A stretch of DNA of 63,517 nucleotides, the filler included, from Octopus bimaculoides (lineage: Eukaryota): the NCBI RefSeq assembly GCF_001194135.2. It is 6 parts of 6 records of this genome, joined end to end, with 100 filler letters (N's around TTAATTAATTAA, not from the genome) between each part and the next. Parts side by side here need not be neighbours in the genome. Positions count along the whole stretch, not along the records: positions 29,230 to 40,422 come from NC_068986.1; positions 40,523 to 53,921 come from NC_069001.1; 4 more parts are not named here. One strand, written 5' to 3'. Both the position numbers and the translations under genes were made by a program. A model generated the notes under the pieces. That model made no database searches. It was given only the letters and a program-made list of their open reading frames with translations, and was not told the DNA's origin. Shown here one piece after another: positions 36,856-50,450 of this stretch. The stretch's first letter is position 1, and every line of letters starts with the position of its first letter.

Positions 36856-37735
36856 CATAGCCATGTATGTAACTTTTTGTATATAATCTTGTGCTAAAAT
36901 TTGATATTAATGCATTTGATTTTTACCAATTTCAAAGTCATAATATTTTTATAAACAAAATATATAGTTGAGTAGCTTTGACAGTATATCGTAACACTTC
37001 AGCATGAGCAAGGCGGATATTGAACATTACAAATTTAGAATATGACGAATATCTTACATTATTTACTTTCATTGTTCTCAGTTTCAGGTTGCGGCCACCT
37101 TTGTGTCTGTCGCGTCTCTTTTCCTCACGCTAATATCGAATGCCACTCTTTCAGTTTTTTAAAAATTATTTACAATGATCGATAAAATACTTGTTAATAT
37201 TAAACTGGGCGCCATTCAGTAGATTATATAGTTTCCTTACAAATTATAACTCTTGTGAGTAGTGAAAATATATCAATAATTTGTCCACACATCGTTCTAA
37301 TTCAATTATTTTAGAAAACCGGACTTAATTATTCCCTCAGGAATGAAAATCTATGACCGTCTATAGAGACTCTAATTCATGATGAAACAGCATACTTTCG
37401 TATTATTTCAAATTATACAAAACCTAATAATTGCAAGGAAGACAATCTACAGTAATGGACGTCTGCAATAATGTTAGGCGGTGAAATATCGTAATACAAA
37501 GATAAAATATATAAAGTAAAACAATGAATCCATCGTAATCTGTGACTTTGAAAAGTTTGAAATATAATATCCAATGAATTATTTCTTTAAATAATAATAC
37601 AAAGTAGATGGAATTATAATTCAAGGGATAAAAGTACGACTTCACTAAATAATAAAATTATATGTTTGGTACTTTTTCGAACAGTGCAAAACGTGTGTAT
37701 ACAAAATCCGAACATACACACGCGTTCATGCATAC

Positions 37736-37807
<72 letters not shown>

Positions 37808-37890
37808 GCATAAACACGCACACACGTATATTTAACACATACGCACATGAACTAGAATGGAATATTTTATTATTGTTGATCTTGTTGCGA

Positions 37891-37958
<68 letters not shown>

Positions 37959-37968
37959 CATTATTATT

Positions 37969-38193
37969 CAGTAGTTTTATTTTTATAGCGTGCTTTCATT
38001 TCACTACCGAGCGCAGCTCTGTGTGCCTTGGGTATGTGCTGTGGTTTGCTGTGATGCTCTTATGGGTACTGTATTGAATGTGTTTTGCGTAGGATGTGTG
38101 CAGTGCCCAGTAGTGCAATTTTCAGTATGTTATATATACTTGTAAGTCCTGGGATTTTTGTTATGTATTTGTCTGAATATTTTTTTATCATAC
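37969..38193 (-). mobile_element. Dong/R4 3' end with (TAA)n tail
   Basis: KIALLGTAHILRKTHSIQ; (TTA)n at 37893-37968 on the + strand. Confidence 0.85.
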
Positions 38194-38989
38194 NNNNNNN
38201 NNNNNNNNNNNNNNNNNNNNNNNNNNNNNNNNNNNNNNNNNNNNNNNNNNNNNNNNNNNNNNNNNNNNNNNNNNNNNNNNNNNNNNNNNNNNNNNNNNNN
38301 NNNNNNNNNNNNNNNNNNNNNNNNNNNNNNNNNNNNNNNNNNNNNNNNNNNNNNNNNNNNNNNNNNNNNNNNNNNNNNNNNNNNNNNNNNNNNNNNNNNN
38401 NNNNNNNNNNNNNNNNNNNNNNNNNNNNNNNNNNNNNNNNNNNNNNNNNNNNNNNNNNNNNNNNNNNNNNNNNNNNNNNNNNNNNNNNNNNNNNNNNNNN
38501 NNNNNNNNNNNNNNNNNNNNNNNNNNNNNNNNNNNNNNNNNNNNNNNNNNNNNNNNNNNNNNNNNNNNNNNNNNNNNNNNNNNNNNNNNNNNNNNNNNNN
38601 NNNNNNNNNNNNNNNNNNNNNNNNNNNNNNNNNNNNNNNNNNNNNNNNNNNNNNNNNNNNNNNNNNNNNNNNNNNNNNNNNNNNNNNNNNNNNNNNNNNN
38701 NNNNNNNNNNNNNNNNNNNNNNNNNNNNNNNNNNNNNNNNNNNNNNNNNNNNNNNNNNNNNNNNNNNNNNNNNNNNNNNNNNNNNNNNNNNNNNNNNNNN
38801 NNNNNNNNNNNNNNNNNNNNNNNNNNNNNNNNNNNNNNNNNNNNNNNNNNNNNNNNNNNNNNNNNNNNNNNNNNNNNNNNNNNNNNNNNNNNNNNTTCTT
38901 CTTCTTCTTCTTCTTCTTCTTCTTCTTCTTCTTCTTCTTCTTCTTCTTCTTCTTCTTCATATTTGTTAGGTAGTATGATTTCTTGTTTG

Positions 38990-39950
38990 TATTTGTCAGC
39001 TTAATACTTTACTTCCTTTTGCATCAGGTATCAGTTCCCGATGCTGCCCACTCTGTTTCCCCCAAAAGACACCGTCTATTTAATTGAAACAATCTATTCT
39101 GTTCAAAATCTTTGCATCTAACATAATGTCTTTTCAATTCGGCCTTAACGCTGTCACCCTTTATGTCAATTCTTCGTTTTCCCCTTTCTTCTAATCCGTG
39201 CTGTCCATTCAATTTTCTGATTACTATCTCATTCTTCAGTTCTCTTATTATCCTATTTAATTGCCCCAGTTCTTTCCTTATCTTTTCGAACTTCATTCAT
39301 ATTCTCTTCATTCATATTCTCTTTCCTTCCCTTCCCTTTCCGTTCTTCAACAGTGTTCCGCTTGTATCCTATAATGTCAGCTACGTTAGCAACAGTAATA
39401 ATTAGTTGGTTTGTTTCACTATTGTTCTTTGTTTTAACCAAGCTCAAAGCGCCATTTACTTTACTTGTGGCCCTCCTTACTTTTCCTTTGTCCATATGCC
39501 TTGCATTTGGTGGCACTTCATTGTTCACACTACAATCTTTATCTCGCAGCATTTATAGAACCTCTTTCTCTTCATCGTTCAAGTGTTGTGCCATATTTAC
39601 TGTCATTTGTCCAGCTAGAACATATTCAGTATTTATTTCATATTTATTTCATCAGTATTCACAGGCACATAATGATTTCCTTATTTTTCATTTTTCCTTC
39701 ATTACCACTTTCTGCTACTGCCCACACTTTTCTTGTTCATGTTTTATCCTTCTCTGAATTTCTTCAAACTTCAATCCCGCAAGCCAATCATTTATACGAA
39801 TTGCCCTTGCGTGGTCTATCAATCGTTAGGTGGAAGCTTTAAAGGCTCCTTTTTCATCCCCAATTCTCTTAATTTTTTTCATGAAATCTCTTGTATTAGG
39901 CTTACTTCATAGTCAGAATTCAATCACAATCTTGTTTACCTCTTTTTCCC
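38990..39950 (-). mobile_element. Dong/R4 ORF N-terminal (pre-RT) fragment
   Basis: KVNGALSLVKTKNNSETNQLII..LKRHYVRCKDFEQNRLFQLNRR resembles the Dong pre-RT region (T.N.TETN.LIY; QNRLF..NQK). Confidence 0.7.
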
Positions 39951-40078
39951 ATTTCACTTTTCTCCCTTTGCGCTACTAATAAACAGTGGACTGAAACATT
40001 CAGTTATGTCACTCAGCGAGGTACGCAGTTCAGGCCAGCCCCACAGAGACGTCGAAATACGTCGTCATAATGCGAGAC

Positions 40079-40252
40079 ATAACAGTGGCGACGAGGATTC
40101 GTAGGTCACACAGCCACTGATATGTAGTAGCGGGATATAACAGTAGTGACAAAGATTCGTAGCTCACACAGGCACTGATATGTAGTAGCGGGTCATAACA
40201 GTGGCGACGAGGATTCATAGCTCACACAGCCACTGATATATAGTAGCGGGAC
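40079..40252. repeat. 58-bp tandem repeat x3
   Basis: ATAACAGTGGCGACGAGGATTCGTAGCTCACACAGCCACTGATATGTAGTAGCGGGAC units start at 40079, 40137 and 40195. Confidence 0.9.
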
Positions 40253-40522
40253 ATAACGGGGTCATTATAACAATGGTAACGAGGTTACGAACGCTCGCAA
40301 GAGAGTCGAAATGGAAGACCTACGTTCAAGAACAATAAAAGTTTGAAGGATTCGAACTCTAACACAGAATTGAACTTCACACAGTGAAAAGTAATACTCA
40401 CACACTGATATATATATATATANNNNNNNNNNNNNNNNNNNNNNNNNNNNNNNNNNNNNNNNNNNNTTAATTAATTAANNNNNNNNNNNNNNNNNNNNNN
40501 NNNNNNNNNNNNNNNNNNNNNN

Positions 40523-40766
40523 ATATATATATACATACAGATAGATATATATATATACATACAGATAGATATATATATATACATACAGATAGATATATAT
40601 ATACATACAGATAGATATATATATACATACAGATAGATATATATATATATACATACAGATAGATATATATATACATACAGATAGATATATATATACATAC
40701 AGATAGATATATATATACATACAGATAGATAGATATATACATACAGATAGATAGATATATACATAC

Positions 40767-40815
<49 letters not shown>

Positions 40816-40828
40816 TATAGATAGATAG
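40523..40828. repeat. Compound ~20-bp (ATATATATACATACAGATAG)n / (GATA)n repeat
   Basis: Direct reading. Confidence 0.9.
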
Positions 40829-42572
40829 TACGTCGTCATTACACATACACATACTTCAACGAAATGAATACCAGTGTTGCATTTCGTGCGAAGAAGTAAT
40901 AAAATGTACTGTGTGTATAAGTTATTGGATCTAAATTGATTTACCTCTCTTAAAAGAGCGTTAGCAATAACAAGTTTGCCTCAATTTAATAATCTGTATG
41001 CATACAATGTTTAAAGTATTAGGGCAGCAGAATAAATATAAGGGACAAAACCATTAACATGAAATTTAGGTTTCAACGATATTGTATGTAAATGATGAGA
41101 ATGAAATTAAAATATTCACGTGAGAAACTGTATTAAAATAGGATATGAAATTTTCAAAACTCATAAAATATTATACTTGGTTAACTATGAAAAGACCGAC
41201 TATTCACGTAGTCATCAAATTTAGAATATATATTGTGTGTGAGCTATGAATTTTGTGGTAGATAATGTTATTTCACAAAATTTAATTGCATGACTTTCTG
41301 AAACTCTTAACGTTGATTTTGATGAGTAAGTGTATATTGCCTAAATTATTTTATCGATATTAAATTTTTTTCAGTTCGCCTGTTGTGTCACATTATGTAG
41401 CGTACTTCAACCAGACCAAAAAGAGAGGGCGTTTATAAGTGTTTTTCATTGACCTTTTTGTATAATCTTAAGAGAGTTCAAGCCGGTCGCTAAAGACACA
41501 AGACTTCGGGGATTTAGAGAGTTCACGGTGTTTGTAAATATGAGTTTGATTTGGTGTCTTGGATTCAAATGCAGCAATATTTGAATCAGACTATGTTATA
41601 TTCTAAAAGTTTACGTGACGCAATTTCAAAAATATTGGGTGGATTTTTTTACCCATTCCTTCTTTTATTTAGTTTCCTAAGAGCCGAGATATTTGCTGTG
41701 AATATTGACAATAAATTACTATTTACGTTATTTTCAATAACAAAACCGTCAAGCTTGTTTGTTTGAAAACAATACACTCGAAGAATTATGAAAAGCAATG
41801 GAGGAGGTTCATACACACCTGGCGAAAATCAAAGCCGCAATTATAGTAAACATAAATGGAAAGAAATATACTGCAGCCTCTATTTGTAGAGAATATCTAG
41901 TAGTTAAAAGACGAAGAGAAAAAATAAGGGTGAAACCCACAGAAAACATTGTAGACTTGGGAATGAGGTTAAATAGCACGAAAGGAGATTTTGGAAAAGC
42001 AAATGCTATTATATAATGAAGATAGCGAACAAAAAGAAAAGATAAATCTCCAAAGGAAAGCATAACATCAGACACAAATGTTTACAGACTGCTTAAGAAG
42101 AGATAAGAAAACAATCTAAGACAAATTTTAGTCAATAAACCTAGACACCAACGAAATCTTAATCAGTATCAGAAAAGTCAGATTCTTCAGAAGAATGAAA
42201 GGAAATTTGAGCCACAGCTGAGCAATGGGAATGAAAATGAAATGAATGAGATACTAAATGCTGACGGGGCTATTACTTTTGATGATGTAGTTTAGGACAA
42301 AAGTGTTCAAAACAACAATGAAGTAGCGTCAGAGTTTTTCAGATACTATCGATTGGAATGCTTTCAAAATACGGACAGAAATGTAGCTCTCCATATGTCT
42401 TGAGTTATTCACTTAGCAAATATTTTCCACCGTTCTAGTTTAGCCGATGAAATCTCTAGTATTAGACAGATACTTCGCTTTTTTTGGGACACTGGAAAGA
42501 TAAAACATATAATTGACAACGAGCGGATTAATATATAGTGATAGAAATGACAAAAGGGATCTTCTCTGAATC

Positions 42573-45001
42573 TGTAGCGGAAGTAATTTCTACTGTCATT
42601 ATCGGCGAGTTTTTTTCGTTGAGTCATCTAAGCCTAAGTACCGGGATATCGGCTCCACAGGCCTTTTTGCTCCAACAGATAACATGACCTTGTGATTAGC
42701 CGAATTTGTTGTTCGTATTGGTCGGTTTCCTGTCTTCCAATCGTGTTGGCGCAACAGTATCATTTCGCATACGCCGAAAATTATTCAGCAGCCGTGGAAG
42801 CCTTTTGATCTCTATGAGAACGGCAGTTCTCGATTGTGCTAGGTCTTTGGCACACGCCACTGACTACACGTAACTAATCTCTGGCAACGATGTATCTGAC
42901 ACCAGCCAGTCTCCACTTTCATCTCCACAAGACGCTTTCTTACAACATGGCAGTATGAACACCACCACACGACCAACAGACCGACAGCTGCCTGTACACA
43001 CCACCGAACAGTACATCAGTTTTGTCTACAGGATCAACAGTCAAGCCTGACCACGAAGTTTCTTACTCATCTATGTTGTAACCTGTTATATTAAATTATT
43101 GCCTTTATGGCAATGATTGTATTTATAACGGAGAATAAATCGTGGCTTACCAATACATTTTTATCTCACGTCGTATGTGATTTTTTTTTACATGTTCCTT
43201 ACCTCCCACCTTCGTTAAAATTGGTGACCCGCGACGTGATTTTGCGACGTTCAAAATTATGATTGTCTCTACCTTATCAGTTCTATACATGTGAAAAACT
43301 CAGAATTTTTTTGTGCGGTTAACTTATCCATTTTGTCAATGACTTGCGGGGCCTATAACTATTGACCTCTTTGCGGCGAAGGCCTTTTCAGTTGTTCAGG
43401 TAAAAACTTGACGTCTATAACATCCTACCAACATTTTGGCAGTTCTCGGCATGTTTCATTGTATGTTACCTCATTGTTACTTAGCGTTATCTACTTCCTG
43501 AAAATAGCAGTCAAATTCCCGATAACATTCTCAGTAAGTGCGTAACATTTCGTGATGCTTTCTCATACCAAGATCAGCAATTTTCGTCACGTCCCTGCTT
43601 CTCTCGACCGGAGAATGGGGGTACTCTGACTTATCTTCAATTGCACGGCACCTTTCAGCCACTCTTGCTCCCGACTCCGACTACGCTTGCCATTAGCTTG
43701 CATGATAGCGTATTTAAGCAATGACAATCAGCAGCACCTCTCTTCGACTAGACGCCTTGTTACAACTGCCGTCACCCCGTTTGCATTCTTCAAACTGCAT
43801 TCCATCCTTCGGAATTTTCACTGCGCCCCCTGCAATGAACACTTTTCTTCTACTGTGCCATTTTGTATTCTGCCATCTTCTTAACATGTCGCTTGTAGAG
43901 TAATTCTTTGCCATTTATTAAATTATTTACTAACAACTTAAAGGGGACTCTCCGAAAAGAATAAAAGTTTTGCGTGTTGGTACTTTCGAAAGAATGCCTT
44001 TACAAATTCTTCGCATGTTTTCACTTTTCACGACCCCTATTTCACATTGTTCTTGTTTTGGATTGTTAAATATTTTATTCATACATTTTTCACTGTCCAA
44101 TATTTCTTGTTAAACGTTCATACATACATGCTTTCTGCCTCGTGCTCTCCACATCAATACTGAGCGTTAAATTTTGCATTTGATGACTGAAATGTTTACT
44201 TTCCATTCCTTTTCTTCTGCTTCAACAGATTTTGCACAATTATTTTGTCAATTGTTTTCAACTGTTTCTATACATGTTTGTACCTTTGTACCTTCAGCTA
44301 CCTGTTTTCTTCTTTTTTTTCTCATCTGTTACCGGCGTCTTAACGCATATCACACATTTGTCTATGACAAATATTCTCGCAGGGGAGTAACTCTAGCAGC
44401 AGTGATTAATACTGTCATTATATGTGAGATGTTTTCGTTGCGAGTCTTTTAGGCTTAAATACCGGGATATCGTCTCCAGAGGCCTTTTCGTTTCAGCAGG
44501 TAACATGACCTTGTGAATAGCTGAATTTGTTGTTCGTATTGATCTGTTTCCAACCGTCCAATCTTTTTGTTGCAACAGTTCGTTTTTCCTTCCGCAGAAA
44601 ATTAATCACCAGCCTTGGAAGCCTCCTGATCTCAATAAGAACGGCAGTTTTCGACTGCGCTAGGTCTTTGGCACACGCCACTGACTACACGCAACTGGTT
44701 TCTGGCAACAATGTATCTGACACCGGCCAGTCTCCGCGTTCGTCGTATGAACACCACACGACCAATAGAGCGATAGCTCCCTCTACGCATCACCAAACAT
44801 TACGTCAACTTTGTCTACAAGGTCAACAGTCTAGCCTGACCACGAAGTCTTTCACATTTTTGTTGTAACCTGTTATATTAATTTATTTCCTTTGTGGCGA
44901 TCATTGTATTTTATAACGGAGAATAAATCGTCGCTTACTAATTCATTTTCATCTCACGTCGTATAGAATTTTTATAATTCCCTTATTTCCCATATTTTAG
45001 A
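42573..45001 (+). mobile_element. Two-LTR retroelement, internally deleted/non-autonomous (Gypsy-like)
   Basis: LTRs ~42573-43220 and ~44392-45001 align end to end; PBS TGGTGACCC(G)CGACGTGATT at 43222 is complementary to the tRNA-Trp 3' end; PPT AGGGGAG at 44381-87; ~1.17-kb interior with no recognisable pol. Confidence 0.85.
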
Positions 45002-45349
45002 CCAATAGTTCCAAAATTCTTCACAGTGGTAACAAAACCCTTTTGTTTAAATGAATTATCCTACAGACCCCTTTGGATATGCTTATCATTATGCATAATA
45101 TATTAATGAAGTTTGGAATTTAGTCTACAGACCTTCCAGTACGACATTTGTGGAACACCCGAAGTCCGCATGTCCCAGGTTGGGACCCACGGTTTTAGAC
45201 CATAATAGAATTATAATGTTGCAAGGGAAAAAAATATTGCAAAGAGATGAAGGATATTTCATTACCTACATGTAACGTACTGAAAACCACTTTCATATTC
45301 ATAAATATCTACCTCTCAATTTACTCATCGTACTTGGTTGGTCTGTCTG

Positions 45350-45384
<35 letters not shown>

Positions 45385-46246
45385 NNNNNNNNNNNNNNNN
45401 NNNNNNNNNNNNNNNNNNNNNNNNNNNNNNNNNNNNNNNNNNNNNNNNNNNNNNNNNNNNNNNNNNNNNNNNNNNNNNNNNNNNNNNNNNNNNNNNNNNN
45501 NNNNNNNNNNNNNTATATATATATATATATATATATGGTTTGTGTGTGTGTGTATATGTGTATATATGTGGGGAGGGGGGTAAGTTTTTCTGTTTGCATA
45601 TATAGAGCTCTGAAATAAATCTAGCAGAAGTAATGCAGGATTGCTAGAGGCTTGGATTTGGATAAAAAAAAGAACAACTGCTTATTCAATACCACACATA
45701 AATAAAAAGGAGTATATATTTATGAATCATTTTTTTCTTTAAGATAAAATAAATGGTCGCCTAGAGGAAATCCTAACCGATTGTCAATGAGGATAAGAGA
45801 TAGCTTGAAACAATAGAAAACGTTCGGAATCAGCATTCGGTGAAAGAAAGCCGATATAACAGATTTCATACTTTCCCTCAATCGAGATAGAGAGGAGTTT
45901 ATGCAAAATATTTCTGAAAATTATGCGTTTAGTGTGTGTTGTACTTTTTTTGTGTGCGTAAGTGTATATTCATTTTTCATAATATACACCAACATCCGCA
46001 CGTATGTCTGTTATGAATTTCCGATGATGAAGACGATATATTTTATTTTCATATTAATGAATGTCATAAATATTAATATAGCTCGCCTCATATTTCGGAA
46101 ATAAAATATGATTGAAGTTGACAATTACCTGTTAAAATAAGGGCAAAAAGTATTTGCTCAGAATCTTTTCTAATTGTTGTATAGAGCCTGAAATTTTGCC
46201 GGAATCGTAGTCTATTGCATTTCCCCAGAACATTAATGATACTTAA

Positions 46247-46522
46247 CCCATTAGCTCCCATAATTTTATTAACTGGAATTTCTTATGGAAGTTTGATTTC
46301 TAGTATAAAACAGCCTTAGAAACACGCTGGGATGATGAATATAACATTTTAAATAGAAATAAGCGAGATATTGGGTGAAAAATTAGTAAACGTCATTTTA
46401 ATATTAGAGAAATATATCTTGTAGATATAGCAAAAAGGTTAGATATGTGTAAATATTGACAGATAATTACGAAATTTGTAATTTTTAAGTGATCTCATAT
46501 GAGATCACCGGTAGGTAATGGG
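46247..46522. mobile_element. piggyBac-type MITE
   Basis: TTAA|CCCATTAGCTCCC ... GGTAGGTAATGGG|TTAA. Confidence 0.8.
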
Positions 46523-46954
46523 TTAATTTATCGACAGTGAAACATGGAGAGTAATTTAAACTACGGCTGAGTTAGAACACGAAACGTAAAATCAGAGGAA
46601 ATGCCACACTTTTGCCTGATGTGCTGACGATTCCGCCCACACATTGCTTTCTGTTTCTCTAAATATAATACACGCAGAAAGTACTTGTAAATTCAGACAA
46701 ATTATATATATATATATATATATCTTTTTTCCTGCTTTTTCTTCGTTTTTCTTTTCTGTGATATATAGGTTATTTGTGTCTAGGTTAAAGTAGGCATAAT
46801 AAAATACTTCTGTTCGTTTCTCAGTACTTTTATGATACCGAACAGCTGTTCCTGAACATAAAGTATTGTGAGAATTTTGGATAACCAATAATCATCCAGA
46901 ATTTTATTTTTTTTCATATTTATGTATCTACTTTTATTTTTTCTCAAGCATATA

Positions 46955-47078
46955 GGAGCAGGGGTGACTGTGTGGTAAGTAGCTTGCTTACCAACCACAC
47001 GGTCCCGGGTTCAGTCCCACTGCGTGGCACCTTGGACAAATGTCTTCTGCTATATACTCGGGCCGACAAAAACCTATA

Positions 47079-47109
<31 letters not shown>

Positions 47110-47133
47110 NNNNNNNNNNNNNNNNNNNNNNNN

Positions 47134-47173
<40 letters not shown>

Positions 47174-47375
47174 TTTGAATGTGTTTGTCCCCCACCCACC
47201 ATCAGTTAATAGCCGATGTTGGCATGTTTACGTCTCTGTAAATTAGCGGTTCGGCAAAAGGGATCGGAAAGAATAAGTACTCGATCTACAAAGAATAAGT
47301 CGATTTGTTTAACTTAAAGGGGTGCTCCATCATGGCCGCAGTCAAAATGACTGAAACAAATAAAAGAAAAAAAGA
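46955..47375 (+). mobile_element. SINE family A, full length
   Basis: Head, microsatellite/gap, tail. Confidence 0.85.
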
Positions 47376-47896
47376 ATATCAATGTTCACACATGGTAGGT
47401 TTCCTAAACTATCAAACGCACGAGTCTTTTCGTGTTAGTGAGTTCGATACCATCTGCTTACATTTCCACTTATTAATTTTCTTTTATAACTGTGATGTTT
47501 CTTAATTGTTACGGATTACGGTGTTCTTTCTTGAAGTTCTTAATCGAACAAATCGTCCCAGTATATATATTTAAGTGGGTACATACTTTATCTGCCTCTT
47601 TTAGTGTACCACTAAATTATTTTAGAATTTATCGATTATCACCAGAGAGAAAGGTTTTTTGCTATGACACTAAAAAAAATTTTAACTGCGACCCATATGA
47701 ACACACGTATAAGCGTCTGCGTGAATTGTAAGTCAAATTCAACAACACCGAAAAATAACGTCAGTAAAATTAATTTAAAATTAATTAGCTACTCCTGAAA
47801 TAGGAAATATAATATAGATAATATTTTTGTTTTCGGAACACTCCAAAAATATAATAGTGCAAACAGATATTTTGGATAAAAAAAATTCAAACTTAC

Positions 47897-47915
47897 CGCC
47901 ACTTTGTTCCAACAT
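47897..47915 (-). CDS. Candidate short coding exon (MLEQSG, phase-1 donor)
   Basis: GCG|GTAAGT donor; ATG in GAAATG context; TCACGTGA E-box ~100 nt upstream on the minus strand. Alternatively a 24-nt phase 1-1 micro-exon 47897-47920. Confidence 0.3.
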
Positions 47916-48329
47916 TTCAGCTAGCTAACTCAGGAATAATGGGATTGCTCTTGTTCGTGTCAGAAAGTGGAACGAGGCTAGCAACAATTCTACACTAACA
48001 AAGAGACAGAGAGGGGGTGTCACGTGATCTTCTCAAAGCAGAAGTACGAGACACTGAGAGGGGGGAATGGGAGGAGAATTAGATATGAAATACGAAGATA
48101 TGTTCTGTATTAGAAAGTATTGTCAGAGGTTCGATATTACTGCGTTAAAGACTTAGTAGGAATTCATTAACTATTTAGCAAATACATAGAATTTCCTGAA
48201 ATTGAAAGGGGTCTATACAGGACTGATGCACTTTTCACCAAGGGAAATATATGGAATCTAGAAATAGAGAGGCTCTGGAAACGACTTTGAACACTGGGAC
48301 TTTCCATGTCAACAAAGCAGGAACATAAC

Positions 48330-48470
48330 TCTTTCAACTTTCTTGATGTTACTTCAGATTTAAATGCTAGGATATATAAGCGTTATAACAATTTAAATAC
48401 GAACGTTAGATACATAAATAAAAAAAAATAATAGTTACCCTAGATGTATAACACAATCAGTAATGAGAAC
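48330..48470 (+). mobile_element. Penelope-like RT remnant
   Basis: FNFLDVTSDLNARIYKRYNNLNTNVRYINKK, the same motif as at 5850-5920. Confidence 0.6.
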
Positions 48471-50319
48471 TTTTCTACGCGCATTTATAGCCTGTAAACA
48501 AAACGAGAACTTTTATAATTTATCCCTGGAAAAGGCAGGGGATATAGGGAGAAATTAAAATCCTACAACAAGAAGAAATGAATCAATAAATGGAGTAAGA
48601 AGGCCAATCATAACAATAAAGGTAGTATACTATATGACTGGAAAACATGACTAATAGCCAAGTAAGGACAAAGTATAGTTCTAAGGATAGGAATTTTTAG
48701 CATTTGGAAAATAACCGTAGAATACGAACTAATTTGTAGGTAGGTAGGAATATTGAAGAATTAGTGCCACATCAGGTATCAAGAAACTCAGATAGTAATC
48801 GAAACATACCTCACACATCTAAAGGAGTTTACCACTATGAGCACCAGCTTAGAAGAACTAACAAATAATTAAGCCATACCAAAAATGTCTCTACTAAAAA
48901 TATCTCTAGTAATGTGGAGTGGTGTATAATTCCATTCGGACAGCAAATTCTTTTCCCTGCTTCCATGTTTTTTCCGGCAAATACTTGCCAGGGATTAATA
49001 AACATAGCAAAGACTTCCAACTAAAGTAAACAATGTGAGACTCGCATTTTTTAACAACGTAAACCTCGCACAAATCATCACACCACACAACGTGAATAAG
49101 CTCAGTAATTTACACGAGAAATATATATATATATATAGTGTGCCTGTGGAAGTGTGTTTTGTATTTGTCACCTCCACCCCTTATAAAGTAACGTTGCTTT
49201 GTTTATGTTCCTATAACTTACAGGTTCGACAATAGTGACCGATTAAATAAGAGTAACCCACGTAAAATTACGACCTAAGTACATGAGTGAATTTCCACTA
49301 AACACTTTAAGGTGGGGCATCTATACGACCACAATCCAATTCATGAAACAAGTAAAAAAAAATTAAACTTAGCGACTTGAATATACATCCAGTTTACGTG
49401 TATCCAGAGTAATTGGTATGTACATGTTTATGTATTCCTCCACTTTCTCAGTAGACGGGTACAATTTATATATCTCTTAGAAATGATGTTTCAATTTGAC
49501 CTACGTCTTATCACGAGGAATATTTATCACATCCACTTAACCCTACACAATCAAAACACTTGAAAAATGTATTAAAACGACGTATTTTTTTTTTCTGTAT
49601 ATTTATGAAATAAGATCATGCAATTATAGATATGCTATGTAATTTCATTTATGCATCAGATAATATTAGAATCTGAAACGTGTTTTGATATGAATGCGGC
49701 GTACTATGTGTAGAGCGTAGTAAAGATAGGGGAATGGTTTTTATGCAACAACTTTTTATTGCAATAACTGAAAATTTAGAGTGACATTGCAAACGGAAAC
49801 TGATTGACAGATGAGATTATTGTTTACATTACTTGTCAAATGAAAGTAATGTACATTTGAAAACGAAGCTGTAAAGTACAATATCAATGACCTGAAGGAT
49901 GTCAATATGATTTTATTTCTTTAACACTAGACGTGATCATAATTCATATGAACCATACTTTCAAGTATGATTTTAGAGGCTGTTACAAGTAGTTCACATA
50001 TCACATGTTTCAAATTTCACTCTAAATGAATGTAGCAAAACAATGAATTCTCTTGAAATATAGCTTGGAAGATATAATGAATAAATAACATATTTTAGCT
50101 GTGATCCGCATACATATTGAACTTATATAAAAGATTCACTGCTCAAGACGGTTAAGGTTGTGAATGAAGTGTTTCCTGTATGACTAATGAATTATATATG
50201 ACAAGATTGACATCACATCAAATAGCAATCCTAAGACCAATACATAACCAAATAAACAATAACCAACAACAATTTTCGCAGCACTTTCACATTTTCATTA
50301 CAAGTAATATCGAAGTCAA

Positions 50320-50450
50320 ATTTTGGCAGAAGGCCAGCGTCTTCGTAGAGAAAGGCAAGTCAATTACATTGAACCCAGTTACCTGCTGGTACTTAATTTA
50401 TCGACCCCTACATGATCAAATGCAAAGTGAACAGCGGCGGAACTTTAATT
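50320..50450 (-). mobile_element. SINE family B remnant
   Basis: CTGGTACTTAATTTATCGACCCC matches family B. Confidence 0.55.

Noticed and set aside
41760-42420. Purine-rich, coding-looking stretch
   Set aside because: Stops in all frames and no recognisable motif; probably an unclassified TE relic.
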